The notes beneath the pieces are model-generated. The model had not been told where the DNA came from. It did no database searches and was given only the letters and a program-made list of their open reading frames with translations. This document shows, one piece after another, positions 47,276 to 58,373 of a stretch of DNA of 64,000 bases; position 1 is the stretch's first letter; every line of letters starts with the position of its first letter. Source of the stretch: Nostoc sp. DedSLP01 (lineage in GTDB: Bacteria; Cyanobacteriota; Cyanobacteriia; Cyanobacteriales; Nostocaceae); NCBI GenBank assembly GCA_034530875.2, contig JAVRCJ020000024.1:32001-96000 (forward strand), given 5' to 3'. The translations under genes and the position numbers were made by a program.

Positions 47276-48604
47276 ATGAATCTCCAAATCGAACAAATTC
47301 CGACGGTTCTTATTGTTGATGATAATCCAGCCAATTTAGGTGTTTTATCTGATGCCCTCGATCAGGCTGGCTTAGAAGTTTGGGTAGCAAAATCTGGCAA
47401 GGTAGCTCTCGAACGCGTGATGTATGCTCTACCAAATTTAATCTTGTTGGATGTAATGATGCCAGAGATGGATGGTTTTGAAACTTGTCGCCAATTGAAG
47501 GCAAATCCTGTAACTAAAGATATTCCAGTCATTTTTATGACTGCACTCTCTGATACTGCCAACAAAGTCGAAGGTTTTGAAGTTGGCGCTGTAGACTACA
47601 TTACAAAACCTTTCCAGCAAGAAGAAGTTTTATCACGGGTGAAATTGCATTTGAAGCTGTACGATTTAACAAATAAGCTAGAGCAGAAAAATACTCTTTT
47701 GGAGCAGAAAGTTTCAGAAATTAGCCTTGCATATAATGATTTACAAGAAATGCAAATCAAGCTGATTCAAAGCGAGAAACTATCTAGTTTAGGACAAATG
47801 GTAGCTGGAATTGCTCATGAAATTAACAACCCCGTAAATTTTATTTATGGCAATCTCAGCCATGCTAATGAATATACCCGAGAAGTGTTGAATCTGCTGC
47901 GTCTTTATCAAGAAGAATATCCCAATCCCACACCCCGTATTCAAAGCGAACTGGAGGCGACTGATATAGATTTTATCCAGGATGACTTATTCAAATTACT
48001 CAACTCAATGAATATCGGTGCAAAACGTATTCGTGAAATCGTACAATCTATGCGGATTTTCTCTCGTGTAGACGAACTCAACATGAAAGCGGTGAATATT
48101 CACGAAGGTATTGAGAGCACACTGACTATTTTAAACTACCGATTAAAATCAAGACCAGACCATCCTGGAATCGAAATCGTTAAAAATTACGGTCAATTAC
48201 CACTAGTTGAATGTCATGCCGGACAACTCAACCAAGTATTTATGAATGTGCTTGCTAATGCCATTGATGCATTAGACGAACACAATCAAAATCGCTCATT
48301 TGAAGAGATTCAAAAACAACCAAGTCGGATTGAGATTACCACCAAGGTAATTGGAGATAATTGGGTTTCTATTCATATAGTTGATAACGGCCCTGGTATT
48401 TGTGAAGATGTCAAAGCAAAGCTGTTCGATCCATTTTTCACAACGAAAGCTGCCGGCAAAGGAACCGGATTAGGCTTGTCTATCAGCTACCAGATTATTG
48501 CTCAAAAGCATGGTGGCAGTCTTTACTGTGAATGTATACCTGGAAAACAGACAGAATTTGTAATTCAAATTCCAATTCAACAGCGAGTTGCCCAAGTTGC
48601 TTAA
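47276..48604 (+). CDS. Receiver-histidine kinase hybrid
   Basis: N-terminal REC (LIVDD, LLDVMMP, TKPF); H-box [36 protein letters not shown]. Confidence 0.93.
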   Translation: MNLQIEQIPTVLIVDDNPANLGVLSDALDQAGLEVWVAKSGKVALERVMYALPNLILLDVMMPEMDGFETCRQLKANPVTKDIPVIFMTALSDTANKVEGFEVGAVDYITKPFQQEEVLSRVKLHLKLYDLTNKLEQKNTLLEQKVSEISLAYNDLQEMQIKLIQSEKLSSLGQMVAGIAHEINNPVNFIYGNLSHANEYTREVLNLLRLYQEEYPNPTPRIQSELEATDIDFIQDDLFKLLNSMNIGAKRIREIVQSMRIFSRVDELNMKAVNIHEGIESTLTILNYRLKSRPDHPGIEIVKNYGQLPLVECHAGQLNQVFMNVLANAIDALDEHNQNRSFEEIQKQPSRIEITTKVIGDNWVSIHIVDNGPGICEDVKAKLFDPFFTTKAAGKGTGLGLSISYQIIAQKHGGSLYCECIPGKQTEFVIQIPIQQRVAQVA

Positions 48605-48800
48605 GGCATTATTGGTCAATAATACTCTGTGTCCGGCAATAATCCACTTAAACAATAAATAAACTGATTTAATAATTAATATTTTTAAATGTAGGGTGTG
48701 TTGTCGCCAAGCGCCGCACCCTCAAAAATTCATGAAAGATACCTTATCCTCAGCAATAATATACCTCCGGAAATTTATATTTCAATGTATTCATCATTAA

Positions 48801-50129
48801 TCACAAACTAAATTCGGCTGCATTATCTTCATCGAAATCTGCATCTTTCCCAACAGCAGTTGGTTTAAATTTAGAATCGTGAACTAATTCACTAAATGAA
48901 ATTCCTGGGTTTTGCACCAGAATATTCAGCACGCTCATAAAATCCCGCACAATTTCCCCTGGCGTCAGCAATGCTTCTGCACCCAAGCGATTGACAATTT
49001 CTTGCACGAAATCTTTTAACTCACGATTTGTTAAAGTCTGTTGATAACCAAAATTGAGAGCATGAATTTCAGCTAAACGTTGCAAAAGCGTCAAAATTTC
49101 TACTTCACTTAACGGATTTAATCGAATTACTGGCCCTAAAACTTCTTGAACGTTAGCTTGTGCGGCAAAACGGCTTTCTTTCGTGCGTCTTCGCCAAGCT
49201 TGGTCTGCAAAAAGTCCCCTATTTGGATCTTCTAAAAATTTGGTTGTTCCACCAATAAAAATACCAAGATGTTCTGCTTTACATTGCATGGTATCGTTAA
49301 ACATTGCTAGAAGTCGATTATAATTCTTTTCTCGCGTGACCGTAGTAGAAATTTGATATAAATGTACAGCTTCATCAACTAAAATTAACAGCCCTTTATA
49401 ACCGATTTCAGCGACAAATTTAGCAAATAATTTGATGTAGTCATACCAACTATCATCATCAATAATGACTCGGACTCCTAAGGCTGCTTTCGCCTCAATT
49501 CTAGTAGTAAATTCTCCGCGCAACCAGCGCATTGCTGCATTTTTTAAATTGTCATCATCCAATCTGTAGCCGCGCCAATAAGCAATAATCACACTACCAA
49601 AATCGAAACCGTGAACTAAATCTTCAATGTATTGAACTACTTCCCTAATTTTTAATTCAACTCGGTCGTCAAAACCGTCGTCATTAGGACGCATTTCAGT
49701 TTCTTTGACTACTTCTTGTTGAATTTTATTAATCCATCCTTCCAAAATCGAAACTAAAGCACCACCATCAGGACGAGTTTTTGTAGCTAAATGGCTCATT
49801 AATTCTCGATAGGTTGCTAAACCTTCGTTGTTACTTCCTGCTAACCGACGTTCAGGCGATAAATCAGCATCAGCGACGACAAAACCTTGCTCCATCGCTC
49901 GGTTACGAATTAGTTGCAGTAAAAAGCTTTTTCCCGAACCGTAATTGCCAATTATAAACCTAAATGCTGCTACGCCTTCTGCAATATCATCCAAATTTTG
50001 TAATAGGCTTTTGAGTTCTTTTTCTCGACCTACTGCTATATGTTCAACTCCCATTCTTGGTACTACCCCCGCACCAAGGGAATTAATCAAAGCAGTGGAA
50101 ATTTTTTTCGAGATTTTGAGCTTTGCCAT
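48801..50129 (-). CDS. DUF2791 / BrxD-like P-loop ATPase
   Basis: SL.AGVVPR.G, Walker A GNYGSGKS, ADLSPERRL, RWLRGE, Walker B LLILVDE. Confidence 0.85.
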   Translation of the reverse strand: MAKLKISKKISTALINSLGAGVVPRMGVEHIAVGREKELKSLLQNLDDIAEGVAAFRFIIGNYGSGKSFLLQLIRNRAMEQGFVVADADLSPERRLAGSNNEGLATYRELMSHLATKTRPDGGALVSILEGWINKIQQEVVKETEMRPNDDGFDDRVELKIREVVQYIEDLVHGFDFGSVIIAYWRGYRLDDDNLKNAAMRWLRGEFTTRIEAKAALGVRVIIDDDSWYDYIKLFAKFVAEIGYKGLLILVDEAVHLYQISTTVTREKNYNRLLAMFNDTMQCKAEHLGIFIGGTTKFLEDPNRGLFADQAWRRRTKESRFAAQANVQEVLGPVIRLNPLSEVEILTLLQRLAEIHALNFGYQQTLTNRELKDFVQEIVNRLGAEALLTPGEIVRDFMSVLNILVQNPGISFSELVHDSKFKPTAVGKDADFDEDNAAEFSL

Positions 50130-50244
50130 GTATTACACTTCACTTTATTCTAAACCCAGAAGCAGGCAGCGGCTAGTTAATGTATTTTCTTGCCTTATTC
50201 ATAATATAACAACGTCAGCATTTAGAAGTCAGGATTAAGAAGTC

Positions 50245-51579
50245 CTACATTTGAGTGTGTCTAGCCATCAGGTCGTCATACATTGCAATTATTTTTTTTA
50301 GATATGGCTGATGTTCTTGATAAATTTGTGGAATTTCGGAATTTGCATCTACGATCAATTCACCAATAATATCATTGGCTCGTTCGTTTATAGAGTCTAT
50401 GAGCAAATTTGGCATGGTGATATGTGCTTCAGCAATTTTTTTAATAGTAGCTTTTGTATCATCTTGTTCGACTATAGATTTTAATACTTGTAATTCATAT
50501 CCTGGAAGTTGTTCTAAAAAATTAGTCCATTCTTCTGGTATATTTTCTAATGTCTCATTTTCTGGAGAATCTGTTATTGTTGAAGGTTCGATTATTTCAT
50601 TAAAAGGAAATAATTCAACATCATCTTCTGTTACATTGTTAGGCAGAGGTTCTTGATTGAAGGTATCTATTTGTTGGAGTAATTCCCACACTTGATTTTG
50701 CAATAAATCTCGTTCTTCTTGCAATAATGAAATTTGTCCTTGCAATTGTTGCAACTCTTGTTTTTGCGTTACTATTTGAGCTTGTGAGGACTTTAGGAAA
50801 GCTTGTATATTTTCTCTCTCGGTTGTTGTCGCTACAAGTAGTTCGTTTTCTTTGTTGACTTTAATTTCTAGCTCTTGAATTGCGATTCTTAGCTCGTATA
50901 GTTTTTCTTCTAATTGGGGTTTGAGTCTGCCTAAAAGAGTTAAATTGCTTTCAAGTTCTTGTTTTTGTTGTTGGAGTTCGGAAATTTGAACTTGTAGCTG
51001 AGCGATTTCCGCGCGGGATATATGACAATTCGACTCTAAACGGCGCTTTTCTGTTGTCAGGTTAGCAAAAGTGTTGTTTAACTCTGCTTGGTTCTTTTCT
51101 AGGTTACTCAGTTCAACTTGTAGATTATTGATTTCGCTTTCTAATTGCTTTTTTTGCCCGGCAAATGTTCTGACTTCTCGATTGAGACTGTCTCTTTGGG
51201 TACGATTTTCAGTTACTTGATTTTGCAGTTGTTTTGACTCTGCGTATAATAAATTATGATGTTCTTCAATTTGGTTGATTTCTCTGACAATCCGAGCTTT
51301 CAATCCCTCCATTTCTTTAATGCGTTTTTTCAGAGAACCTAAAACTAACATTTCATAGTTTCTGCGCCGTTTATCTACGAATAAAGCTGTTCCATAGATA
51401 ATAAATGCAGTAATTATACCCGTGAGAAAGGCTTTGTTAAAATCCCAGTTGGGAACAAGGCTAAGTCCAAAACTCACACTAAAGGCAACTATGCCTAAAA
51501 TTAATCGATTACTGATCGTTACTGATTGCATATTGCTGGTTGTTAGCGTAGTTAATTTATTGGAATAAGCCGTTTTCAT
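50245..51579 (-). CDS. Membrane-anchored coiled-coil protein with probable TerB_C domain
   Basis: Two N-terminal TM segments, long Q/E/L coiled coil, C-terminal MPNLLIDSINERANDIIGELIV typical of TerB_C. Confidence 0.7.
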   Translation of the reverse strand: MKTAYSNKLTTLTTSNMQSVTISNRLILGIVAFSVSFGLSLVPNWDFNKAFLTGIITAFIIYGTALFVDKRRRNYEMLVLGSLKKRIKEMEGLKARIVREINQIEEHHNLLYAESKQLQNQVTENRTQRDSLNREVRTFAGQKKQLESEINNLQVELSNLEKNQAELNNTFANLTTEKRRLESNCHISRAEIAQLQVQISELQQQKQELESNLTLLGRLKPQLEEKLYELRIAIQELEIKVNKENELLVATTTERENIQAFLKSSQAQIVTQKQELQQLQGQISLLQEERDLLQNQVWELLQQIDTFNQEPLPNNVTEDDVELFPFNEIIEPSTITDSPENETLENIPEEWTNFLEQLPGYELQVLKSIVEQDDTKATIKKIAEAHITMPNLLIDSINERANDIIGELIVDANSEIPQIYQEHQPYLKKIIAMYDDLMARHTQM

Positions 51580-51732
51580 AGTATTTGGTAATTTTTAATT
51601 AGAATATACATAGAAAAATCCTTAATAAAAATAGGTTGAAATTTGTAGTATAATAATATTTCTAAAATCTATAATTAGAATTATTTGTCAATAACATTGT
51701 TACGCAATAAATAAAAAAGTGTCATCAACAAA

Positions 51733-53085
51733 TTAAGTTTCATCTTCAGTGTTCGATTTATCTTGATTTGCTGCTGGTTGAAAAAGTTTTAAATCTGCTT
51801 TTAAAAAGTCGATAAACTGTCGTGCTGTGCGTCCAGAACGACCATTGTGGCGAGTCGCCCACTGTAATGCTTGATATTTCAATTCTTCTGGGGTAATATT
51901 AATTTCAGCTTGTGCTGCTAGGTGGCGAACAATATTTAAATAGGTGTCTTGGTTCGCTGGTTCAAAGGTCAAGGTTAAACCAAAGCGATCGCTAAACGAA
52001 AGCTTTTCCTGCATCGTATCCCAAGCATGGATTTCATCGTTATCCTTGGGCGCTGGCCTATCCACAAAAAACTCCCGAATCAAATGACGGCGATTAGAAG
52101 TAGCATATACCACTACATTTTGCGGTCGTGCAGTTAAATTACCCTCTAACACTACCTTCAGTGCTTTAAAAGCATCATCATCTTCTTCAAATGAAAGGTC
52201 ATCGACAAAAATAATAAACTTTTGTGGCACTCCCCGTAAATGTTCCACAATTTCTGGTAAATCTTTTAAATCAGATTTTGCGACTTCCACCAAACAAAGA
52301 GAGCGTTCCTTATATTCATTTAATAAAGCTTTCACTAAAGAAGATTTTCCCGAACCACGACTGCCATAAAGTAATACATGTAGTGCCATTTCTCCTGATA
52401 ATAAAAACTCTGTATTCTTGAGTAAAGTATCTCGCTGAGACTCGTAACCCACAAGCGTACTAAGCTTAATCGGATCTGGATATCGAATACCGATAAACTG
52501 TCCACCTTGCCAGCGAAAAGCGCGATATTGTGCAAATAAACCAGAACCATATCGTTGATAATAAGCTGCTAAGTCTTCTACAGCATCACCCCAATTGTCT
52601 AACTCGTGTAGGTATGTAGCAAATGCTGGCTGTACTGCTAGCTTTTTAGGTTCCTCATACCAGACTACTGGTGAAATCGGTATATGAGCAACAGTTTGCA
52701 CCCACTCACTCAAAGAAGCGCTGCTACATTCATAAAGGCTTTGCAAAACTTGTAAATCGTGCTGCACTGCTGCTATTAAAGCTGGGGGTAAGTCGTCAAA
52801 TTTTCGTTGTTGAGCGAGTCTGGTAAAAGGATTATCAGAAAAGAGAATTTCAGTAATTATATAATCTTCCCAGTTTTGATTTCTCGCAGCCAAAGCATGA
52901 AAATAACTGCCGTAGGCTAAAAGACAACCGCGTGCATCGGCGTCAGTGTAACGTATAGCTTGCAACAGTTCAAGAAATGCCATCCCGACTTCGCCTTCCA
53001 GAACAGACTGGTAGAGTAAAAGTGAGGCTGCTTGGCGCTGGAGATATTGAACTTTTGTATGGGAGGAAGTACTGGCCATTGGCAT
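51733..53085 (-). CDS. DUF815 AAA+ ATPase
   Basis: HVLLYGSRGSGKSS, FIIFVDDLSFE, YATSNRRHL, EKLSFSDRFGL, GRSGRTARQF. Confidence 0.9.
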   Translation of the reverse strand: MPMASTSSHTKVQYLQRQAASLLLYQSVLEGEVGMAFLELLQAIRYTDADARGCLLAYGSYFHALAARNQNWEDYIITEILFSDNPFTRLAQQRKFDDLPPALIAAVQHDLQVLQSLYECSSASLSEWVQTVAHIPISPVVWYEEPKKLAVQPAFATYLHELDNWGDAVEDLAAYYQRYGSGLFAQYRAFRWQGGQFIGIRYPDPIKLSTLVGYESQRDTLLKNTEFLLSGEMALHVLLYGSRGSGKSSLVKALLNEYKERSLCLVEVAKSDLKDLPEIVEHLRGVPQKFIIFVDDLSFEEDDDAFKALKVVLEGNLTARPQNVVVYATSNRRHLIREFFVDRPAPKDNDEIHAWDTMQEKLSFSDRFGLTLTFEPANQDTYLNIVRHLAAQAEINITPEELKYQALQWATRHNGRSGRTARQFIDFLKADLKLFQPAANQDKSNTEDET

Positions 53086-53183
53086 TGCTTGATTATCGAT
53101 CGACTGGGTGATGTAGCTAGATAGCTATGGTAAATTGTCTGCTGACCCTGGCAGCAAAATCAAAATCTACATAGGTTTTAACA

Positions 53184-53504
53184 ATGAATTTAAGTATAAT
53201 CGCTGCTTTTGCTTACGGGATATTGGCGATCGCTGGTGGCATTATTGGCTATATTCAAGCTAGAAGTCAGATTTCGCTCCTCAGTGGTACTATTAGCGGT
53301 TTATTACTAATTATTGCCGCTTACCTCCAACTCCAAGGACAAGCTCAAGGTTTAATTTTAGCCGTTTTGGTTACCGCTGTTTTAGTAGTATTCTTTGCCT
53401 TTAGACTCGCTAAAACGCGCAAGTTTATGCCTGCGGGATTGATGACTGTTTTAGGTATGCTGGCGCTGGCGGTGATGGTGAATGAAGTTGCGGCCATCAA
53501 GTAG
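53184..53504 (+). CDS. TMEM14-family small membrane protein
   Basis: YG.L...GGIIGY...S..SL.SG...G; KFMPAGL. Confidence 0.85.
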   Translation: MNLSIIAAFAYGILAIAGGIIGYIQARSQISLLSGTISGLLLIIAAYLQLQGQAQGLILAVLVTAVLVVFFAFRLAKTRKFMPAGLMTVLGMLALAVMVNEVAAIK

Positions 53505-54001
53505 CACCAGCCTGAAAGTTCCTAACCACCCTCCTGTTTTTTGACATAGCATTACTCTTCCTGTTGTGAGTACTTGTATTAGTACATTTATATTACAGGA
53601 GAGTTGCTATCCTTGCCTAATATTTTGTACTGTAAGAGCAGGCGCGCACAGATGTCATTGGTGTCAACTTAACGTCAAACCAATGTCCCGCAAGGAAATG
53701 AAGTTCCTTGCTCATAGTAAAAGTCATTTAAAGATTACTAAATATACACAAAATTCTTGAGTCTACTTCACTAGACTGTCTTCTATTAGCCTGGGAATTG
53801 ATTCCCAGATGCGTGACTTAATACTACGAACACTAATTAATATTGATACTGTGAACTCTTCATGAAATCAAAATCAAATAGCCGTCATTTCATCAATGAA
53901 ATATCAATCATAAAAACAGGTAAGTTTGCGGCTTTCAACTGCGATTGAGATTCTTTAGCATGAAAGTCGAAACGAACCCAAGATTTTCCCAGGAATGACC
54001 G

Positions 54002-54799
54002 ATGAATAAGCATCTTTCTACTAACGCTTTGGCTATTTTCGTTAGTTTGCTTGGCGTATGTTCTTTTATCGCACCTGCTTCAGCTTTGACAGGTATAATC
54101 AAAACAATCACACAGACTCCAGTTACTAAAACAGTAGAAAGTGTCACCCAAACCACTAGCACTACTCAAGTTGGAAACAACGTTACGGCTGCTGTCCAAC
54201 AAACAACTAATACTACTGTTGGGCAAGTGGTAGGAGTTGCAAGCAATTCGCAAACCACTAGCACTACTCAAGTTGGAAACAACATTACAGCTACTGTCCA
54301 AGAGACAACTAATACTACTGTAGGTAAAGTGGCAGGAGTTGGAACCGATTCTACAACAACTGCACAACTAGACCCAAGTCAAATTAAGCTACCGTCCCTG
54401 GATAATCTAGCACAGACTGTTCAAACCACTGGTGGAGCTACGGTTGGAATTCAAAGCAATCAACAAAGCACTCAAGCTGATGCAGAAGCCAACCTGGGAG
54501 TAAAAATCGGTGATTTTGCCACAGCAGGTATTTGTTTAGACGCCAGTGCAACTTTAGGAATTTTGAATCAAGATAGTTCAGCTAATTGTCCCAAAGATGT
54601 TAAAACCCCACCGACTGTAGTTGAAACTCCACCTGCTGTAATTGAAACCCCACCGACTGTAGTTGAAACTCCCTACTATGTTCCTATTAAAGTTCCATCC
54701 GTTAGCGTTGATGTTAATTCTGTTCCAGAACCTGCAACTCTTGGAGGACTTGCTTTGTTAGGAGTTTACTTTACTTCCCGCCGTCGTCAAATCTCTTAA
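54002..54799 (+). CDS. PEP-CTERM surface protein, Thr/Val-rich with internal repeats
   Basis: Signal peptide (PASA); 102-nt direct repeat (54149/54251); three VETPP repeats; VPEP-TM-RRR tail. Confidence 0.88.
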   Translation: MNKHLSTNALAIFVSLLGVCSFIAPASALTGIIKTITQTPVTKTVESVTQTTSTTQVGNNVTAAVQQTTNTTVGQVVGVASNSQTTSTTQVGNNITATVQETTNTTVGKVAGVGTDSTTTAQLDPSQIKLPSLDNLAQTVQTTGGATVGIQSNQQSTQADAEANLGVKIGDFATAGICLDASATLGILNQDSSANCPKDVKTPPTVVETPPAVIETPPTVVETPYYVPIKVPSVSVDVNSVPEPATLGGLALLGVYFTSRRRQIS

Positions 54800-55128
54800 T
54801 TTAGAACATACATTCCGCAGTCCTAAGTAGGAGGCAGGAGGCAGTTATTGCTGGAGGCAGAAGGTAAAACCCTCAATAGTAAAAGGTTTCGCTCCTTTGG
54901 ATTTTACATTTAATTATGTCCGCCTACTTAACAATATATTCAGAGGCTAAAATAAAGCGCATCTTGTCAACTAGTTAAAATACTCAAAAGAGTTTTAATC
55001 AAAATGATAATTCTGCGTTAGAAAGGGGGCAAGGAGTGTTGCACCCTTTTTTATTTTCAGTCTCAAAGCTTGGGGTCAAGGCTATTTTACTTATGAATTC
55101 TGAATTCTGAATTCTGAATTCTGCTCTA

Positions 55129-55533
55129 TTATTTATTCCCTTGAGCAACCCGCGCTTCAATATCTTCTAATGTTTGTAATAATAAACGCCTTGCTTGCAA
55201 TTGCCAACCCCATTTTTGAATTCTGTAAGCTGATACAGTCCCACCTACGGCGGCTAACAAACCTATAGGTTGATTTAGAGAAATTCCCAGTAACAAACCT
55301 AACCCAGCGATTCCCCAAAATGGTAAGGCTACTGTTTGTCTTTGTTCTTCGACAATTTGGGTAATCATATTAGATTTATTTGTAGCTAATAATGCCTCTT
55401 TTACTTGTCGCTGTTCGGCTGCGGATACTGATAAACCTATTTTACGGCGTAGCTTTTCAATTTTCCGAGCATCAGTACTGTACTCAGTTAGCTCATCTTC
55501 TGCCATGAGCAGCAGTCTTTCTAATTGCCCCAT
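55129..55533 (-). CDS. Hypothetical membrane protein
   Basis: 134-aa ORF with ATG start, hydrophobic hairpin (LPFWGIAGLGLLLG...) and helical flanks. Confidence 0.7.
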   Translation of the reverse strand: MGQLERLLLMAEDELTEYSTDARKIEKLRRKIGLSVSAAEQRQVKEALLATNKSNMITQIVEEQRQTVALPFWGIAGLGLLLGISLNQPIGLLAAVGGTVSAYRIQKWGWQLQARRLLLQTLEDIEARVAQGNK

Positions 55534-55876
55534 TGTCGATTGTATCTAATATTACGATACAGCCATTATCTCGAATAATTGTTATTTTCGATCTATAGCT
55601 GGGCATTTCCTTGCACTATCCAAAATTATGCCAGGAGATTGGCTGCAAAATTTACAATTAAATATGGGAAACATATACTAGTCTTAAAACCGCCATAGAT
55701 TAGAAATATACCGCTAATAGCCAAAGTCTTCTCAAGAGGAGTAAACACTGTTGGCGTTATGTTTCTTAATAAACTTCAGCGGGATCAAGCTAAAAGCCTG
55801 TAATATTTATTTTCGGCTGAAAATTAGGTAGTAATAATTAGGAACTTTTAATACATAAAATCAAGAGGTAATACAC

Positions 55877-58354
55877 ATGGCTATAGTATCTACAAGCACT
55901 TTATCTCAATCTTCCAAAGAGCGATCGCTTATCCTCTGGTTTGATGAAGTTGGTATTAGTGATATTCCCTTAGTTGGTGGGAAAAATGCATCACTAGGTG
56001 AAATGATTCAACAACTAACACCCAAAGGTATTAACGTTCCGACAGGATTTGCTACCACTGCTTATGCTTATCGTTATTTCATCGAATCAGCCGGGTTAGA
56101 AGCAAAGCTACGGGAATTATTTGCTGACTTGGATGTTGAGGATGTGAAAAATTTACGCGAACGAGGCAAAAAAGCGCGATCGCTATTAATCCACACGCCA
56201 TTTCCTGTAGAATTGCGAAGAGCGATCGCCGCAGCTTATGAAAGTCTTTGCGATCGCTACAATGCAGATACAGATGTCGCCGTCCGTTCTAGTGCCACCG
56301 CTGAAGACCTCCCCGATGCCAGTTTTGCCGGGCAACAGGAAACTTACCTTAACGTCGTCGGTGTCGAAGGAGTTTTAGCAGCTTGTCATAAATGCTTTGC
56401 TTCCATATTTACTGACCGCGCCATTTCCTATCGCCATACAAAAGGATTCGATGACTTTAGCATCGCCCTCGCCGTTGGCGTACAAAAAATGGTGCGTTCT
56501 GATTTAGCAACCTCTGGTGTGATGTTCTCCATTGACACAGAAACCGGCTTTAAAGATGCAGCGCTAATTACAGCCGCCTACGGTTTAGGTGAAAACGTCG
56601 TCCAAGGGTCAGTAAATCCAGATGAATATTATGTTTTTAAACCGACTTTAAAAGCAGGTTTTCGCCCAATCATCGATAAAAAATTGGGCAGCAAAGAATT
56701 AAAAATGGTTTATGACGATGGCTCAAAATTTACTAAAAATGTCTCTGTTCCTTTCCGAGAAAGAGGTAAATTTGCCCTCAGCGATGCAGAGATTTTAGAA
56801 TTAGCAAATTGGGCATGTTTAATTGAAGACCATTATTCCAAAACCCACGGTATTTACACGCCAATGGATATCGAATGGGCAAAAGATGGAATAACTAACG
56901 AACTTTTTATCGTCCAAGCGCGTCCTGAAACAGTGCAATCGCAAAAGAAAGGAAATGTGCTGCGGACTTATCGGTTATTAGGGAATAGGGAATCGGGAAT
57001 AGGGAATGGGGAAAAATCTTTCCACTCTCCACAGCCTCTTGTTACCGGGCGCGCAGTTGGAGAAGCAATTAGTCAAGGAAAAGTACGTTTAATTTTAGAT
57101 GTACAAAAACTCGAACAGTTTCAACCAGGGGAAGTTTTAGTAACAGAAAGAACTGACCCAGATTGGGAACCAATTATGAAACGTGCCAGTGCAATTGTGA
57201 CTAATTCTGGTGGTCGAACCTGTCATGCAGCGATTATTGCGCGAGAATTGGGTGTACCTGCGATCGTTGGCTGTGGCAATGCTACAGATGTCTTAAAAAA
57301 TGGGCAAGAAATCACAATTTCTTGTGCGGAAGGTGAAGAAGGAAAAGTTTACCCAGGTTTATTACCTTTTGAAGTTAAAGAAGTCGCCCTAGAAAACTTA
57401 CCCCGCACTCGCACGCAAATTTTAATGAATGTGGGTAATCCCCAAGAAGCGTTAAGTTTATCGGCAATTCCCAACGATGGAGTCGGTTTAGCGCGGACAG
57501 AATTTATTATTGCTAACCAAATTCAAGTTCATCCAATGGCATTGATTCAATATGATGCATTAGAAGATGAATTTGTCAAAGATAAAATTGCGAAACTGAC
57601 TGCACTTTATGAGGATAAACCTCAATATTTTGTAGATAAATTAGCTCAAGGTGTCGGTAGAATTGCCGCAGCATTTTATCCCAAACCAGTAATTGTGCGA
57701 ATGTCAGATTTTAAGAGTAACGAATACGCAAATCTATTGGGCGGTCAACAATTTGAACCAGATGAAGAAAACCCCATGCTCGGTTGGCGGGGGGCAGCGC
57801 GTTACTATGATGAAGGTTACAGAAAAGCTTTTGCCTTAGAATGTCAAGCCCTGAAGCGGGTGCGGGATGACATGGGTTTGACTAATGTTATTCCAATGAT
57901 TCCTTTTTGTCGCACTCCCGACGAAGGACGGTTAGTGTTAGCAGAAATGGCAAAAAATGGTTTAAAGCAAGGCGTTAATGACTTGCAAGTTTATGTGATG
58001 TGCGAATTGCCCAGCAATGTGATTATGGCTGAAGAGTTTGCTGAGGTATTTGATGGTTTTTCTATTGGTTCCAACGACCTAACTCAGCTGACATTGGGGT
58101 TAGATAGAGATTCGGCTTTGGTAGCGCGGTTGTTTGACGAACGGAGTGAGGGTGTGAAGCGAATGGTCAAAATGGCTATAGAAACTGCGAAAAAATGCGA
58201 TCGCAAAATCGGCATTTGCGGACAAGCACCAAGCGATTACCCAGAATTTGCCCAGTTTTTAGTCGAACAGGGAATTGATTCTATTAGTTTAAATCCAGAT
58301 TCGGTGTTAAAGACAATGTTAGAAGTGGCAAAAGTTGAAGATACTAATTTGTAA
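55877..58354 (+). CDS. ppsA: Phosphoenolpyruvate synthase
   Basis: VGGKNASLGEM, AVRSSATAEDLPDASFAGQQET, GGRTCHAAIIARE (phospho-His), EENPMLGWRG, SIGSNDLTQL, GICGQAPSD. Confidence 0.97.
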   Translation: MAIVSTSTLSQSSKERSLILWFDEVGISDIPLVGGKNASLGEMIQQLTPKGINVPTGFATTAYAYRYFIESAGLEAKLRELFADLDVEDVKNLRERGKKARSLLIHTPFPVELRRAIAAAYESLCDRYNADTDVAVRSSATAEDLPDASFAGQQETYLNVVGVEGVLAACHKCFASIFTDRAISYRHTKGFDDFSIALAVGVQKMVRSDLATSGVMFSIDTETGFKDAALITAAYGLGENVVQGSVNPDEYYVFKPTLKAGFRPIIDKKLGSKELKMVYDDGSKFTKNVSVPFRERGKFALSDAEILELANWACLIEDHYSKTHGIYTPMDIEWAKDGITNELFIVQARPETVQSQKKGNVLRTYRLLGNRESGIGNGEKSFHSPQPLVTGRAVGEAISQGKVRLILDVQKLEQFQPGEVLVTERTDPDWEPIMKRASAIVTNSGGRTCHAAIIARELGVPAIVGCGNATDVLKNGQEITISCAEGEEGKVYPGLLPFEVKEVALENLPRTRTQILMNVGNPQEALSLSAIPNDGVGLARTEFIIANQIQVHPMALIQYDALEDEFVKDKIAKLTALYEDKPQYFVDKLAQGVGRIAAAFYPKPVIVRMSDFKSNEYANLLGGQQFEPDEENPMLGWRGAARYYDEGYRKAFALECQALKRVRDDMGLTNVIPMIPFCRTPDEGRLVLAEMAKNGLKQGVNDLQVYVMCELPSNVIMAEEFAEVFDGFSIGSNDLTQLTLGLDRDSALVARLFDERSEGVKRMVKMAIETAKKCDRKIGICGQAPSDYPEFAQFLVEQGIDSISLNPDSVLKTMLEVAKVEDTNL

Positions 58355-58373
58355 TTCCTAATTGGAGTAATGT

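Noticed and set aside
48801..50129. Complete BREX defence system
   Set aside because: Only a BrxD-like ATPase is present; no pglZ, pglX, brxC or helicase in the window
53660..53815. Degenerate palindromic stretch as a structured ncRNA
   Set aside because: It resembles a decayed dispersed repeat; no promoter, terminator or family signature that I can support
54149..54672. Direct repeats as a possible CRISPR array
   Set aside because: They are in-frame coding repeats (102 nt and 21 nt) without unique spacers; no cas genes
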